64,000 bases of DNA from Amphiscolops sp. MND2022 (taxonomy: Eukaryota): contig OZ076409.1 in NCBI GenBank assembly GCA_964187785.1, positions 82,648,001 through 82,712,000 of the forward strand, given 5' to 3'. Each line of letters opens with the position of its first letter. Positions within the stretch are counted from its first letter, which is position 1. Both the position numbers and the translations under genes were made by a program. A model generated the notes under the pieces. That model was not told where the DNA came from. It saw only the letters and a list, made by a program, of their open reading frames with translations, and searched no databases. Shown here in pieces: positions 1 through 12,520 of this stretch.

Positions 1-3000
1 CCTTGTTCCATGTTTTCTGATCTTTGCGGTATTTCATCGCCAAAGTTTCTAAAGTATCCGCCGCCGATCAGTGACTGTTTTTGCTTTCTTTTTAGCTGGA
101 TGTCGATTCTTTTTATTTCCCTTCTTTTGTCTTCTTCTGGTCTTCTTGACACATATATTTCTCTGCCCAGGCCTTTATTCCATTGTGGTCACATTGCTCC
201 GGGTCTCGCCAATTCGGTTCGTCTTCTCACCAGTTCCGTAGTTTCGGGTGATTTATCTCTGTTGTTGATTATTGCCATAATCTCAACATCTGCACCCCAA
301 TGGTAACGTATTTGCCGGTCATTTCGGAATTGTCTTGCGTTTTGGTTCTCGTCGTTGTTATTGTTCATTTTTGAATGAATTGCGGTAATTTTCAAATTAG
401 ACGGTTGTGTTTGGTAAATGAAATCACTTTCGTTTTCAAGCGACTGTGATGAGTGTTAGTGAGAATCAATATGGCTATTGTTTGCTTTGCGGCGTCGCGT
501 ATCAATTAGCGTGCGCGTATCCTGCATGTTCGTTTTGTTGACCGCGTTCTCGGTTTCTGATTGGTTGAAAATCCGTCCTATACGGGCGTTTACCATTGCT
601 AGTTGCGCGATGGCGTTGATCACATTTTTTTCTCCGTAATTTTCTTCCGATTCCGGCTTTTCGGTAGGAGTACGACTAAGGAAGTCCGTGAATTTTATTC
701 CTTTCCCGGCGGTGTGTTTTAGACTAATGTTAAAGTGGTTTAGGCTATCTAGCCATCTTGTTAGTCGGGCGCAATATTGTTTGTAAGTTTTGTTTCTTTT
801 CAATAGTGGTTCAAGTGCTTGGTGATCCGAGAATAATTTGATTTTTTTTGCCGTATAGGTAGATTCGGAATCTCTGTAAGCCCCAAACAACGGCTAATAA
901 AATTCCAGTTCACCGATGGAATATTTATTTTCTGCATCTTTTAAGTAGCGGCTGGCAAATGCGATAGGTTTTAGTTCTCCGCTACATTGCTTTTGCCATA
1001 ATGCCACTCCCAATCCGGTGGTTCATGCGTCGGTGGTGACGATGTTTTCTTTATTTCCGCTTAGTGGGCTAGGCACGGTAGGGATGTTAGTTCTTGTTCT
1101 ATTTTGTTGAAGTCCGTATCGCGATCGTCGGTCCAGTTCTATTTTGTTCTTTTTTAAGTAGTTGTCTCATTTTGTCGATTTTCGGAGAGTTTCGGTATGA
1201 ATTTTTCAAAATTTTGGATGGCACCGAGGAAAGACTTCAGTGTTTTGGTGTTTGTGGGGTGTTCCAATTTATTAATTGCGTCAGTTTTTTCTTTGTTAGG
1301 TCTGATTCCGTCTTGTGAGGTTGTGTGTCCGAGCCATATCGTTCCTTTTTGGTAGAATTTTGATTTCTTTTTGCTTGCTTCGTATCCTTCATTTTCTAGT
1401 TTCGTTAAGACCGAATATAATATTCGGGTATGTTCTTCTTTTGTTCCCCGGGTTACAATGATGATGTCGTCTAGCCAAACGGGTGTTTAATGTCCGAGTG
1501 TTCAGTCTATTTTCTCTTGGAAAAATGTTGGTATATCGGCTGGACCGTAGAAACCTTTCAAGAATCGGTAGTACCCGTTCATGTTTTCGCCTGTCACGGC
1601 GAAATTGCAATGTTTACTGGTTTCCGGGGCTAGTTTCATTTGTCCGTATGCATAATCAAGGTTTATCACGGAGATCCAGATTGGGTCGTGGTCGTTTCTT
1701 GATAGTTCGGTGGATATTTGGTTTAATAGTTCTTCAATGTTAGGCATGTGCGGTCTTTTCTTTACGCAACTTTCGTTTAGTTTTCTAGCGTCTAGTGCAA
1801 TTTTTACTGTTTTGTCTTTCTTCACCGTAATTACTACGGGGGATACAAAACAGTCTTCTTCGATTGTTTCCAGTCTTTCAAGGTGTCCGGATTTTATTGA
1901 TCGGTCCAATTCGTTCTTCACGTCTTGTTGTAAGTGGTATGGTATTGGTCTGGTTTTTTGTTGGATTGGGTAACATCCAGGTTTTATTTGGATTTTTACT
2001 TCCGTGTTTTTGATTGTGTGGTTCGTTTCAAATAATTTGTTGAATTTTGTGTGTATGTCTTTTGATTGGCTAGTCTTCTCGTCAAGTGAGATTTTGTTAA
2101 TGGTGATCGGTAGGTGTTTTAGCCAATTTACACCTAAAAGAGGTGTAATGTCGTTTCTTTGTGTGATGAGTTTTGGTAATTTTGTAGTTTCGCTGTTGTA
2201 TTCGATGTTTGCCCAGATCTTGCCCAAGAATTTGATTTCATTTTTGTTCACGTCTTGGTATCTTTCCTGTAGCGGTTGGATATCTTTCTGTTAATAGAGT
2301 GTTGGGTTGTTCGGCATTATGGTAACGGGGGATCCGGTGTCGATTGTGAAGTTCTGATATTTCCCGTTTACTTTCAGTTTAATTCCGTAGTGGTCGTTTT
2401 GTTTCAGTTGTATTCGGTTGATTTGCGTTATATGTCTGATTTCTTCGGGTTCACTTTCTTCTTCTTCGTTGCCGTAGATTTCCTCGGTGTAGTTCACGCT
2501 TTTTACCGTGTGTTCGGTTTTGCTGCGGCATACTCTTGCAAAGTGTCCCAGTTTATGGCAGTTTTTGCATTCTGCCGTTTTTGCCGGGCATTTGTGTAGT
2601 GGGGTCCAATTTTGTTGTCCGCAAAATCCACAATCGTTTTTCTTTTGTGTTGGTTTCCCAGTATATGTGTTTTTGTTTGGTTGGTATTTTTTGTGTATTT
2701 TTTTAATTGGTTCCTGCTTTGTTTTTTTCTCTTTGAGGAGTGCTGTGGGTATCGTGGATTGTTTGTGCCTTTTTTCGTAGCTGCCTTGGGTTACCAGATC
2801 CATTGTTGTTGTGAAGTTCAATGTTTTTTCGCGAATAAGTTTTTCCAGTAGTCTTTTGTCGGTAATACTGGTGATGAAATTCGAAATAAGTATATCTTCC
2901 TGTTTGATGTCCTTGAATTCACAATTTGTTTCGAGGGAGACTAGTTTTCTCCAGTGTTCGTCCGGGGATTCATTCTCTTCTTGTTTTGCCCAGAAGAAAT

Positions 3001-3358
3001 CTCCTCGGCTATGGTATGTGTTCCGTTTGGGCATGTAGTAGTCTTTGAATAGTTGTAGCAGTCTTTCTGTATCGATGGTGTCCGGGTCTGTATTGAATTC
3101 CCCTTTGGTTATGTTCTCGATAGCCGATGGTCCGGCTCCCCAGATAAGATTTTGTCTTATCTCTGGTTCTTCGTCCGTCCATTTATTGCTTGTGGGTTTT
3201 GTTTCCCTGGATAATGCCGGTTTTATGTCTATATCATACATTCGTTTGATATAATGTCGTAGTCGTTCCGTCCATTCTTTCGGTGTATATAGTTTTTTGC
3301 CGTCGAGTCCGGTGTCTTAAAGATAGGGTAGTTGTATGTTGCTTCTTGCGGTGGCCAT
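1..3358 (-). pseudogene. gag-pol: gag-pol polyprotein of copy A, disrupted by stops and frameshifts
   Basis: ATG at 3358; ORF fragments 2291-3241, 1502-2251, 456-890 and 189-395 give Gag-PR-RT-RNaseH in order. Confidence 0.9.
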
Positions 3359-3411
3359 GTTTTCTTGGTTTGTTAAAATTCGATGTCACATGGTTAAAAG
3401 GAAAAAAATAT

Positions 3412-3424
3412 TGTTACTGCGCCA
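3412..3424 (-). promoter_or_regulatory. Primer-binding site TGGCGCAGT (tRNA-Ser-like)
   Basis: Directly follows the LTR end ...AAAACA; copy B has TGACGCAGT at 25497. Confidence 0.7.
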
Positions 3425-3652
3425 TGTTTTAATCTCAGGAAACTAGTTAAAATGGTGTATTCTATTCTAAGAGTTAACTATTGTATCAAAGCATCTGATC
3501 ACTGTATCAAATCGTATACTAAATGGTTTCGTACATGTGTAACATAAATAGACAGCATTTAGAGTTTTGTTGGTCAATAGCACCAAATGTCTCTCTGTCT
3601 GATATCCGTATTAACGGTTGAAAGTGTAGAGGTCATGTCGGCATATGTCACA
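3425..3652 (-). repeat. 5' LTR of copy A (~228 bp)
   Basis: TGTGACA...AAAACA termini on the minus strand, followed by PBS; shares motifs (TGACCTCTAC, GAGAGAC) with the copy B LTR. Confidence 0.75.
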
Positions 3653-5741
3653 ACAAGAGAGCTGAAAACGAAGATGACTTTCCAACGCAATTGACTTGTA
3701 CGTTCGCTAGGTCTCTCTCTCTCTCGTTGTCTTTTTTTTTCAGCAGTAACTGGAAACCAAAAAAGGAATAATTTTGCCGAAGGATGCGCAATGTTCCGCA
3801 AAGTCGAAGGATCCGCAAAGTCAGAAGGTACCCAAAATTAGTGCAGAAAACAAAAAACACACAATCCTCGCATCCTGCATAACCGTATTGACATACGGAG
3901 GCTCCCAGAAAAACCGGTATTATCGAGAGAAAAAACTGCAAAGAACCAGTATACTCCCGAAAATCTGAATGCAACAAGATTTTGTTCGGAAATTCAAAAA
4001 TTTTGGAAAAAATTTCAAAGCATAGATTATTCCGCTGGAAATGGTCTCGCAGACGAATGATTCTATGTTTTACCAGCAGAATTGTGAACTTTCGTTTTGT
4101 ATTCAGGAATTGTGCGTCTGTTAAATCCTAAATTTTTACCTAAAATGGCACTCCTTTTGCCGAACATTACTTTTAGATTAGTATTTATGCAACTACAGGG
4201 GGGATAATTTTATTTATCTATGACAAAATTGTGCTTTTTGTGCTTTTCGGCACTTTAAGGGACAGATCTTGGAGTCTTGTATATGGTTTTTTCAGTATTC
4301 GTCACCCCTGCAAGCCCTCTTTTTAGTAGAATACATGAGATTTCTGCATATTCCGAGGTCTGCCAAGACTTTTTAGAGCAAAGTACCCTTCTGCCTCTTT
4401 CCAAATATCTCAGAATTGAGCATCCTGTTTAACAGGATTTTGTTTCAACTGGTTTTTAAGCTTTATTCCAGCAACCAACTATTGAAGCCCGGCCTCAGAG
4501 CATTCATGGGCAGTCAAAGCGCGCTTTTCCCGAGATTGGTTATACAAAATGCTAACTCCAACACATTTCAGCATGATCACACCCCCTCTCCCACACAATC
4601 CCCCCAAAGTCAAAATTTTCTCAGCCTAACCTGTTTTTCCATGTTTAGACCTGAGTAGGAAACACCATAAACACCATTTTTAAAATCGATAAAAATTTTT
4701 AACAATCCTTGTCCCTTGAAAATGTAAGAACACACCTCTGCGTTGCTGGTTAGACATCCTACAACGACTAAAAAGTAGAAAAGTCAGTACGCATTTGATA
4801 ATGTCTTTTCCAGTACGGAAAAGAATTCACTGAAAATTTTCTTAAAAAACGTTTTCAAAACTGTCAGGTTTCGCTCCTTTTCACCGAAATTAGACTGTCT
4901 AACTTTTTGAAGGTTAAAAATGGAAATGTTCAGATAAACGTGGTACGGTTTGGTCCCACCACACGACCAACTCTCTCATCGAAAAACATCGGTCAAGATC
5001 GTTATCATCAAGGTTCAGCGCGCTAGCGTGATTACCGTTAAAAATATTCTGCAGATTTTGTTAAAACGTGATGTGCAAGTACGTCAAAAGTTTGACACGT
5101 CAGAAAGCCGAATAACACCTGGGCCAACCCGCTGCCTTGTTTTTGGTTTTCGTGAACAACACGCTCGCGTACAAAACTCTAGGTGCGTTTGACAAACCTG
5201 AATATGACAAAACAACAGTGCTCACCTATCGCAAATTCCATATAATCACTTTCGGAGCAATCGTCGGTCATTTCCCAACAATTCAACTAGTCTAGTGTAG
5301 GACACTGTGTGTCATTTGGAGGTCGCTATCACTAAAAAAAGTTTTGCTGGAACTCATTTTGAAGAAAGAGTAAGAGATTTTATCGAGTTTTGCACAGAAA
5401 ACGTAAATTGTTATTTTGTTTTAACTTAAAGTATCTATTGTATTCACATTGTTTTGGCATCAGTCATACGAGTAACGACAACGACTTGCCGAGCAAAATC
5501 TCTATGTACTAATTTGAAGAACACAAAACATTTGGTTCTAGCCCTGACAAGCGTCCTAGATACACACTAGCGAGCACGGCGAAGTTTGCATTGTTCCTTT
5601 TGTTGACAGACAGCAAAACTCGACCGAACGTGTATTTTCCGCTCTCAAATTATCCAACTATTGCCCATTGCGTTCCTAGAAGTTTTACGCGCGTTGACGC
5701 GTTATCTAACGTCTCTAATTGAGCAGGCTCCTTGATATTTG

Positions 5742-7084
5742 CCCAGTGTAAAAACTCTTGCAACTCTTGATAAGAATCTTGGATATTCCTGGATTTCTTA
5801 GTAAGAGTCTTGCCAAGATTCTTACCAAGAAATCCACGAATTTGCAAGATCTTGCAAGATCGTGCCAAGAAATTCAAGAGAAAAACTGACAAAAGAGAAT
5901 GAAAACAAACAAAAACCGACGCCAACTGCAGCTTGATCAGTGTACCTATTATGCCGCAGCTTTCCGCGCTACCAAACAAGCTATCACGTTCTGAAATTCA
6001 ATGATTTGTGTTGTCCTATATCCAATACTTCATAGAATGATTGTGTAGCTGGTAGTGCGAACAACAGCGAAGTATTTGTAAACAAAATTACACTTTGTTT
6101 TACAACTTATTTATTCTCTTGAACTCTTGATAAGATTCGTACCAAGAGTCTTATCAAGAATTTCAAGAGGTTTGTGTGAAGCAAGAATAAACAAGATTTT
6201 ATCAAGACTTTCAAGAGTAACATTACAGTGCACAGGCAAGCTATTTTGCTGTTTTCGTGGAATCCGGGACACGAAAATTGAGAAAAGTCGTGGAATCCAG
6301 GACAAAATTTCTCTTTGATGTTAAGCGTGTCTTGGATTCCACGACAGTGCTTGTCCTGGATTCCACGCCAATACTGCTGCTATAATGACACTCTTGCCGC
6401 TGCTCTCTGATTGGTCCGCTGATTTTGAGTAATCTTTTTAAATTAATTCAATTTTATATCAAAGGAAACTGTTTTGATCGACACGAAAAATCCAAGAAGT
6501 ACGAATAGAGATACTCGTGACTGGTACCAAAAATGAAGCATGTCATTAAAAAGTGGCAGATTGGGATGATCTGGCAGTTTGTTCAAAACTGGTACTAAAC
6601 TGAAAAATCTAAAAATTTTGTGTGATATTGGTGTGATTGTCTGAATCATTTTGAATTAATATACGAAAAGTAGTGCATAATATTATGTTTGTTCAGTCTT
6701 CCACTTGAATTTAATTAAAGAAGAGATGCCGCGTATCGCGTCAAGCATAAAGTCGTGGAATCCAGGAAATTTATGATTTCTGCAATCTGATTGGCTCATT
6801 TCGCAAATCTTACGTTTTTGTGGAATCCGGGACACCGCTGCATGCCGACAGTTCGTACAGCTAAGCATTTGTTACTGGAATCCACGACTAAATCCGTGGA
6901 ATCCGGGACAAATGACGTAATTTGCCAATTTTGCACGGTTAAAGGTATGGTCGTGGAATCCGAGGTATTGAACGCACTATGTTGCGCTTTGAGCAAATAA
7001 GGCTTGCCTGTGCACTCTAATGAAACGGGAATATGTAAGAATATGCAAGATCTTGGCACGAGTTCCAAGAGTTTTTACACTGGG
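5742..7084. mobile_element. Non-autonomous CACTA/EnSpm-type DNA element (1343 bp)
   Basis: Perfect TIR CCCAGTGTAAAAACTCTTG / CAAGAGTTTTTACACTGGG, 2-bp TG flanks on both sides, many subterminal CAAGA(A)TCTTG motifs and internal GTGGAATCC repeats; no transposase ORF. Confidence 0.8.
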
Positions 7085-7654
7085 TGTTGTTTTAGTCACT
7101 AAAACAACCAGAATACTTTTTGTTTACCTTAAAGCACCGATGTTGGTCCACTTGTAGCGTAGTTCTGAGGCCAACAAAGCCACTAATTGAGGTCTTGGTT
7201 AGCGTTGAGAACAACATATTGGAGGTGAAAACGAAAAAGAAGAATAATGAAACACCTGATATCGTCCTTCTTTAGCAAAAGGCTGTCTTCATAGTGACCT
7301 TCTTGGCGTTCAACTCCAATAAAATTCTCGTTAAAAGTAAAGGCACTTATCAATTTCCATTTCCTACCACGACACTTTGATTGAAGATAGCGATTCCAAC
7401 AAACTTTGCTACAAAAAACAAAGACCTGATTGGTCGTAATAATACTTCGCTTCTCTTCTTCCGTTCTGTTTCGATGGAGAAGCGAAGCAAATACAGCAGC
7501 CACAAAAACGATAAACAATGTTTACCAATTCAGCAACAACTGTAGTCCGAGTAAAAGCAAGTTAAAGAACTTGAGCTCTCACGACTTTCTGTGCTCACTC
7601 ATGCATTCAGTGGCTTTTAACAGCCCATATTGCCACCCGCTTGCCTAAAGCAAA

Positions 7655-7890
7655 ACTCTTAGACATCACCAAGGCCTACCCCAGAGCAAACAAAACCTAT
7701 CTGTGGGCTTGTTACAGAAACTGGGATTGAGAACATCAACCTCAAGGATCGTAAATGTCTTACATGAGATGAAAAAATACAAAAAACAATGCAGAGATAC
7801 AAAAAATGGCCATTGGAAACACTCGAGAAGCCTGAGGGAAGGAGACGCAACTTCAACAGTCCTCTTTAGCATATACCATGCTCAAGCCAA
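7655..7890 (+). pseudogene. Non-LTR (LINE) reverse transcriptase fragment
   Basis: LLDITKAYPR...LW (RT motif 3) and RSLREGDATSTVLFSIYH (motif 4, cf. GLRQG..SP.LF.IY), with a frameshift between them. Confidence 0.7.
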
Positions 7891-8101
7891 GACCAAGCTG
7901 TCGGAAATCAAGCTCCGCTGGTATTTTCTGGCAGTTGATCCGCGGATGCTCTCTGCCTCCAATCGACACCAAATTGTATAGAGTGCCTCATGAAATTGTA
8001 ACAATAAAACTTGGAACCCCATAAATTTCTCTGTAATTTTCATAAATAAACCTTTAAACAAACAACATACTAATCTGTTGAAGTCTCAAATCTACAGTCT
8101 A

Positions 8102-8672
8102 CAGCGGTTCAAATCGTAAGCACAAATTCACAACCTGAGCTACCAAAAAACAAGTAATTTGCGGAATATGTATTGTTACAATTTTGTGACTACAATACAT
8201 AAAAACAGAAACAAAGAAAAATGTCAACAATTATAACAAATAATACTATAATATGTTTCAATAATTTGTGTATCCACCTTTTGCTTTAAGAAGGGCTTGA
8301 TTTTTGCTCGGCATGCTTGAGATAAGATTTTGGCAGGTTTCGAGGGGTATTTCTAATCCATTCATCCTGTATTCGCTCCCAAAGTTCGTGTAACCCATGT
8401 AGGTGGTTCTGGGTAAGTTTGGAGTCGTTGTTTTAGAGCATGCCACAGGTGTTCTATTGGGTTCATGTCTGTTGATTGAGGCGGCCAGTCCATTAAGTTT
8501 ACTCTATTCTGATTGAACCAATCTTTCGCTAGTCTCGAAGTGTGCTTGGGGTCATTATCTTGTTGAAAAACGGAATAATCAGGGTCCATTTGAAAATAAT
8601 CTGCGGTACCGAGCAAGTTATTACTTAGAATTTCACAATACAACGTGCTATCCAGTGTATCCTCAATCCTGA
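8102..8672 (-). mobile_element. Tc1-family transposon 3' fragment
   Basis: FQQDNDPKHTS...WPPQSTDMNPIEHLW and ...KAKGGYTNY C-terminus (Tc1 DD34E motifs), frameshifted; outer boundary at TA|CAG 8102 is tentative. Confidence 0.85.
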
Positions 8673-9052
8673 ATCATCAAGAAGCTCTGACGAAAACTCT
8701 CTCAAAGCTATTTTAGAAATTACGTTTCGTGAACGTAATCCTATTGAGGAAATTGATTACGTCATAGCGATGTTGACGAAAGAAAATGGAATGAAGATGA
8801 AGATTTTCTATTTTGACCAATCACAGTGAAGATAAATGTTCGTAGTCTTAAAACGTCAGGACGCACCGGAACGAAAACGGAAATACAACCAATAAGATTG
8901 CAATGAAATTGCGAGGAAAAGAAAATTGAAACGGTCATTTGTCGTCCAAATCTTCAGCTTGACCAGCTCAACGCATAGAAATTTTAAATCTATCTCAATT
9001 CTTCTGCAATTCAAAACTTGAAAATTGTCACGAAAGCTCTCCGTTAATCAAA

Positions 9053-9760
9053 ATGAACAGCTACTCTTTAGTCATTGACATATCTTCTGATGAAGAAAAT
9101 GCAAAAACTAGCACACCACTGAAATCACTGCCCCTTAATATGATTGGCTCACTAAGTGATTTATTAAACAAAGTATACCGCGGGAGTGATGCGGAGTTAG
9201 ATTCTACCTTTCAATCCCCCCAAAAGTCGGGATTAACTCCCAAGAAAAAGAAGAAACTGGGAAAAGTAACCTTCACCTTGTCCCCCATAGGAAGCCCCGT
9301 CTCAGACTCGGATGAATATTATGAAGAGCCACCCACTCCGCAGAAACAACCCCCTTTAAAACCTGCGCCGAAAATAAACGTGCCCCAAGAGCGATTGAAT
9401 GACCTAAATGAGCCCTACTCTACCGGACCCACGAAAAAGTCGGCACGAGAGTATCACGAAGAAAGGTGCTCATTGAAAGAGAAAGAATACTTCACTAAAT
9501 TAGCCCTCGAGCTTGAACAAGAAGAAAAGAAAATAGCGTACATGACAGCGGGAAGAGGTCGTGGCCCCCACCATGTGCGAAACTATATTAGCTGCCACCC
9601 AGTGGTGATAAAGGAGATCCCGCACTGCCGCGCCCTACCACTATCTTTAGCTTCAAGAGGGGCCCTCTCACGACCCGCTCCCGGTCGTAATTTTACTTGT
9701 TGCTCCGGCATACCGGGATTGGGTAGAGGACACGGACAAAGACAAAGTAAATACTTTTAA
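9053..9760 (+). CDS. Accessory ORF (235 aa) of a giant-gypsy 3' remnant; SIM-like N-terminus, basic patch, overlaps PPT and U3
   Basis: Open ATG ORF; VIDISSDEE...STPL, PKKKKK, C-terminal RGALSRPAPG...GRGHG; positional and sequence homologue of 63164-63869. Confidence 0.7.
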   Translation: MNSYSLVIDISSDEENAKTSTPLKSLPLNMIGSLSDLLNKVYRGSDAELDSTFQSPQKSGLTPKKKKKLGKVTFTLSPIGSPVSDSDEYYEEPPTPQKQPPLKPAPKINVPQERLNDLNEPYSTGPTKKSAREYHEERCSLKEKEYFTKLALELEQEEKKIAYMTAGRGRGPHHVRNYISCHPVVIKEIPHCRALPLSLASRGALSRPAPGRNFTCCSGIPGLGRGHGQRQSKYF

Positions 9761-10374
9761 AGTGCTAAAACTAATTTAACTCTACTTACAGTACGGCTAA
9801 AACTATTTGCAGATAATTTTCCAGATACAAAATCCAACGTAAGCGCTACGGAATATTTTCAGAAATGATTTTAAAATAGCTAAAACCTCCGATCTAATGT
9901 TTTCACGCGCGATGCTATTTTGTTCCCGGTTTTGTATTCTGAACTTTTCATACTAATCTAAATATCAGAACAAAACATTTTCCAAATCGGGATGACTTTT
10001 GTCTGCTCCACACTGAAATGAAAACATTAAAAATAAAGTTTAACTCCGGGATCCCAACGGAGTTCATACAGTCTGAAATGAAAGAACATACAAAAGTATA
10101 GTGGAATTGTGCTCTAATATAAAATAGCTGCAAAATATCCACTTAATACCACAGTCAAGTAGTTTTAAGCAAATGATTACAACGTAATGGCAGAGTCAAT
10201 CAACTAAACTAGAAACCAGTATTTCTATTTTCACGGACCAAAAGCGTTGCTCCTCAGCTAAATTATTTGAGCTCAAGTCGGAAAAGCCTTGCTTGGTTGC
10301 CCCTAGCAACGCCAATTAACTGAGAAAAAGAGAATGAATTCACCTACGCTCTCCGTTCTCGCTCCACATGCTAT

Positions 10375-10585
10375 CGCCGCTGCTTGGCTATACCTAATCT
10401 TAATACGTACGGAGCATCTACGGAGCGGATTGTAAAATTGTATACCGCCACTGCTTGGCAATACCTTATCTTAATACGTACGGAGCATCTACGAAGCGGA
10501 TTGTAAACTTGTATTCCGCCGCTCAGCTATAGCTGATCTAAATATGTACGGAACGGCTACGGAATGAATTGTAGGACTGTAAATA
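10375..10585 (+). repeat. ~71-bp tandem repeat x3 in U3
   Basis: CGCC(G/A)CTGCTTGGC.ATACCT.ATCTTAATACGTACGGAGCATCTACG.AGCGGATTGTAAA twice, plus a diverged third copy. Confidence 0.85.
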
Positions 10586-11484
10586 CGAAGTATTGACACG
10601 AAAAGATTTATGACAAAATCTAGCCTTTTGAATCGACACATTTAAATGATTTTCAGGATAGGATTTCACATAAAGAAAAGCTGTACTGTAACAAAACTGG
10701 AGTGCTAATCTGATGATACCAAATGTAGAATGCGATTGACTTACGTTGCAATATACTTATCAACAAAAGAATTTCAATCGAATAATTTTTTTTATGTATT
10801 GCAGTGATGAAATTGAAAAATGCAACGCAAGACCAACGTTCTCTCCAGATGCCTCTCTAGAATTCTATGTGCTGCTATTCATTTCAAATTACTGCACATT
10901 CGACATCAATTTATTGTCTGTTTTGATGGAGTAAAAGCTGTAATGTAAAATTTTGTAAAAATGACGTTTTATACAAACGGATCATTCCCGTTATAATTGT
11001 TGATGTTTTATGTTTTTTCCATACCAGTATTAAAGGTATGCAGAATGTCTGTTTAAGTTGTCTGTTACAATAAGCCGTTTCAGCATCGTTTGTTCTTTTC
11101 CAGTATTTAAGTATTCTCCTTTTTTAAGGCTCATTACCTCGTTTCATTTCCGTCAAACTTTTGAGTGTCATTCTTTTGCCTCGAGTCTCAAATTTCCCAA
11201 GTTGGAAATTGACTAATTGATCACGCCGGCGTGCCTACGCTGATGAAAATGTTAGCTAGACTTTCATTTTACCGCAATTTTGAAGCTCAGACAGGAAATG
11301 ATTTGTCTGAACAAAAATGATTTAAACGAAGTTTTACGGAACGGTGACGCAGCTAGGACTTTTGATACCTGAGTTTATGACGCCGAGTTGAAATAATTTT
11401 AGTCATTAACGCTTTTTGATGAACAAACCCGATTTTTGTGATACCTAGGAAATTTTAGGTGAGGAACAAATGTAGCTGGAAGGG

Positions 11485-11518
11485 TATAAATATGTAGACT
11501 TTACATGTAAAATCAGTT
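11485..11518 (+). promoter_or_regulatory. LTR core promoter: TATA box and TCAGT initiator
   Basis: GGTATAAATATG then TCAGTT ~28 bp downstream; the same arrangement occurs at 51823-51860. Confidence 0.65.
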
Positions 11519-11627
11519 TGTCTTTGTGATATTTTGCTTTGCTGTTCGAACTGTTCTTTTCAAAACGAAAAATCAATATTCTTCGAAGAATTCATTTTTG
11601 CCGAAGACCTTGAATTTTCAATCCAAA

Positions 11628-12006
11628 ATGACAAACAGAAGCCAGAAGAGGAAAGCTGTAGCTGCATTAGTCTCTGCAGATTTTGAAGTTTCTGTAGCCG
11701 AGATCTCTCCGTCTGAAAACCTCGTAGCTAGTTCTAGCAAAGTCCCTAGAGTGGAGCCTGAGAGTCTAGTTGAGATAAAAACATCTTTAGGAAAAGAAAT
11801 CCTGTCTGATTTAACCAAACTACTTGCAGAAAACCAAAAGGAAATGCTTAAACTATTAGCACCTCTGAATAGAAAACAAACTGACCGTACAGATGTTCAA
11901 GATTCTGATTCTGAACCAGAAAACGTCTCCGTAACCAGAACGTCAACACCCGTCAAAGTTCATACTGCGACTAGCTCTAAAACAACACCGGTAAATAGTC
12001 GTAACA
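11628..12006 (+). pseudogene. gag: Gag N-terminal ~126 aa encoded inside the 3' LTR; reads out into flanking DNA to a stop at 12047
   Basis: MTNRSQKRK...PRVE...IKTSLGKEILSDLTKLLAENQKEMLKLL...STPVK aligns with the Gag N-terminus at 51982. Confidence 0.8.
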
Positions 12007-12520
12007 GAAGTTTTCGAAAGAATCGAAGAAAAATGTACCCCGGATAAAGACGAAGACATGCTCGTGGACCATCTTATTGACATCGCATCTTTGGATTCTA
12101 GTGTAATCGAAGGATGAATTAAAACGCGGACAAGAAAAGTTGAGAATAGCGAAATTCGTCAATAAAAACGACTCAAAAACTCGAGAATCAGCTAAACGTA
12201 ATACAGAAGGCCAAAGTTGTAGAAGCTTGCTGCGAATAAACCACCTTATTTGACAGTAACATCAGAGACTGGACTAAAAATGAAATTTACCCCATTAAAT
12301 AAACTGATAGAAATGGAATGAACTGGACGAACATGTTCAAAGTACGCTTCGAACTAACGATATTCACCTGAAATCCGAGAAAAGATGCCTCCAAAGGATC
12401 GGACACCTCCTGCGTATGGACAACCACTGGACAACCAAAAAAACTGGTGTTAGGCTGGCCGCCAGGAAAACTCAAGTACGCTAAAGCTAGGGGTAGTCAG
12501 TCAAACAACTCCTCCAATGT
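12007..12520 (+). pseudogene. LINE (RTE-like) ORF2 C-terminal fragment
   Basis: RCLQRIGHLLRMDNHWTTKKLVLGW resembles the R.LRW.GHV.RM...R..K motif that follows LINE RT; stops and frameshifts. Confidence 0.6.

Larger units (their letters stand above)
1..3652 (-). mobile_element. Ty3/gypsy (Mag-like) LTR retrotransposon, copy A; 5' part, runs off the window start
   Basis: On the minus strand: LTR, PBS, Gag with two Cys/His knuckles (CGFCG...HKC, CKNCHKLGHFARVC), protease FTIDTGS, RT (ALDARKLN, WLDD), RNase H (SDHQALEPL). Co-linear with copy B at 25256-30425. Confidence 0.93.
9666..12006 (+). repeat. 3' LTR (~2.34 kb) of a giant gypsy remnant
   Basis: Start AAGAGGGGCCC|TCTCACGACCCGCTCCCGGTC matches AAGAGCGGCCC|TGTCACAGCCCGCTCCCGGTC at 63755; ends ...CGTAACA where Gag homology stops; same length and layout as LTR 50045-52378. 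Confidence 0.8.

Noticed and set aside
1094..3254. Many plus-strand Phe/Leu/Val-rich ORFs (also those opposite copies B and D)
   Set aside because: Antisense shadows of A-rich gag-pol, with no splice or homology support
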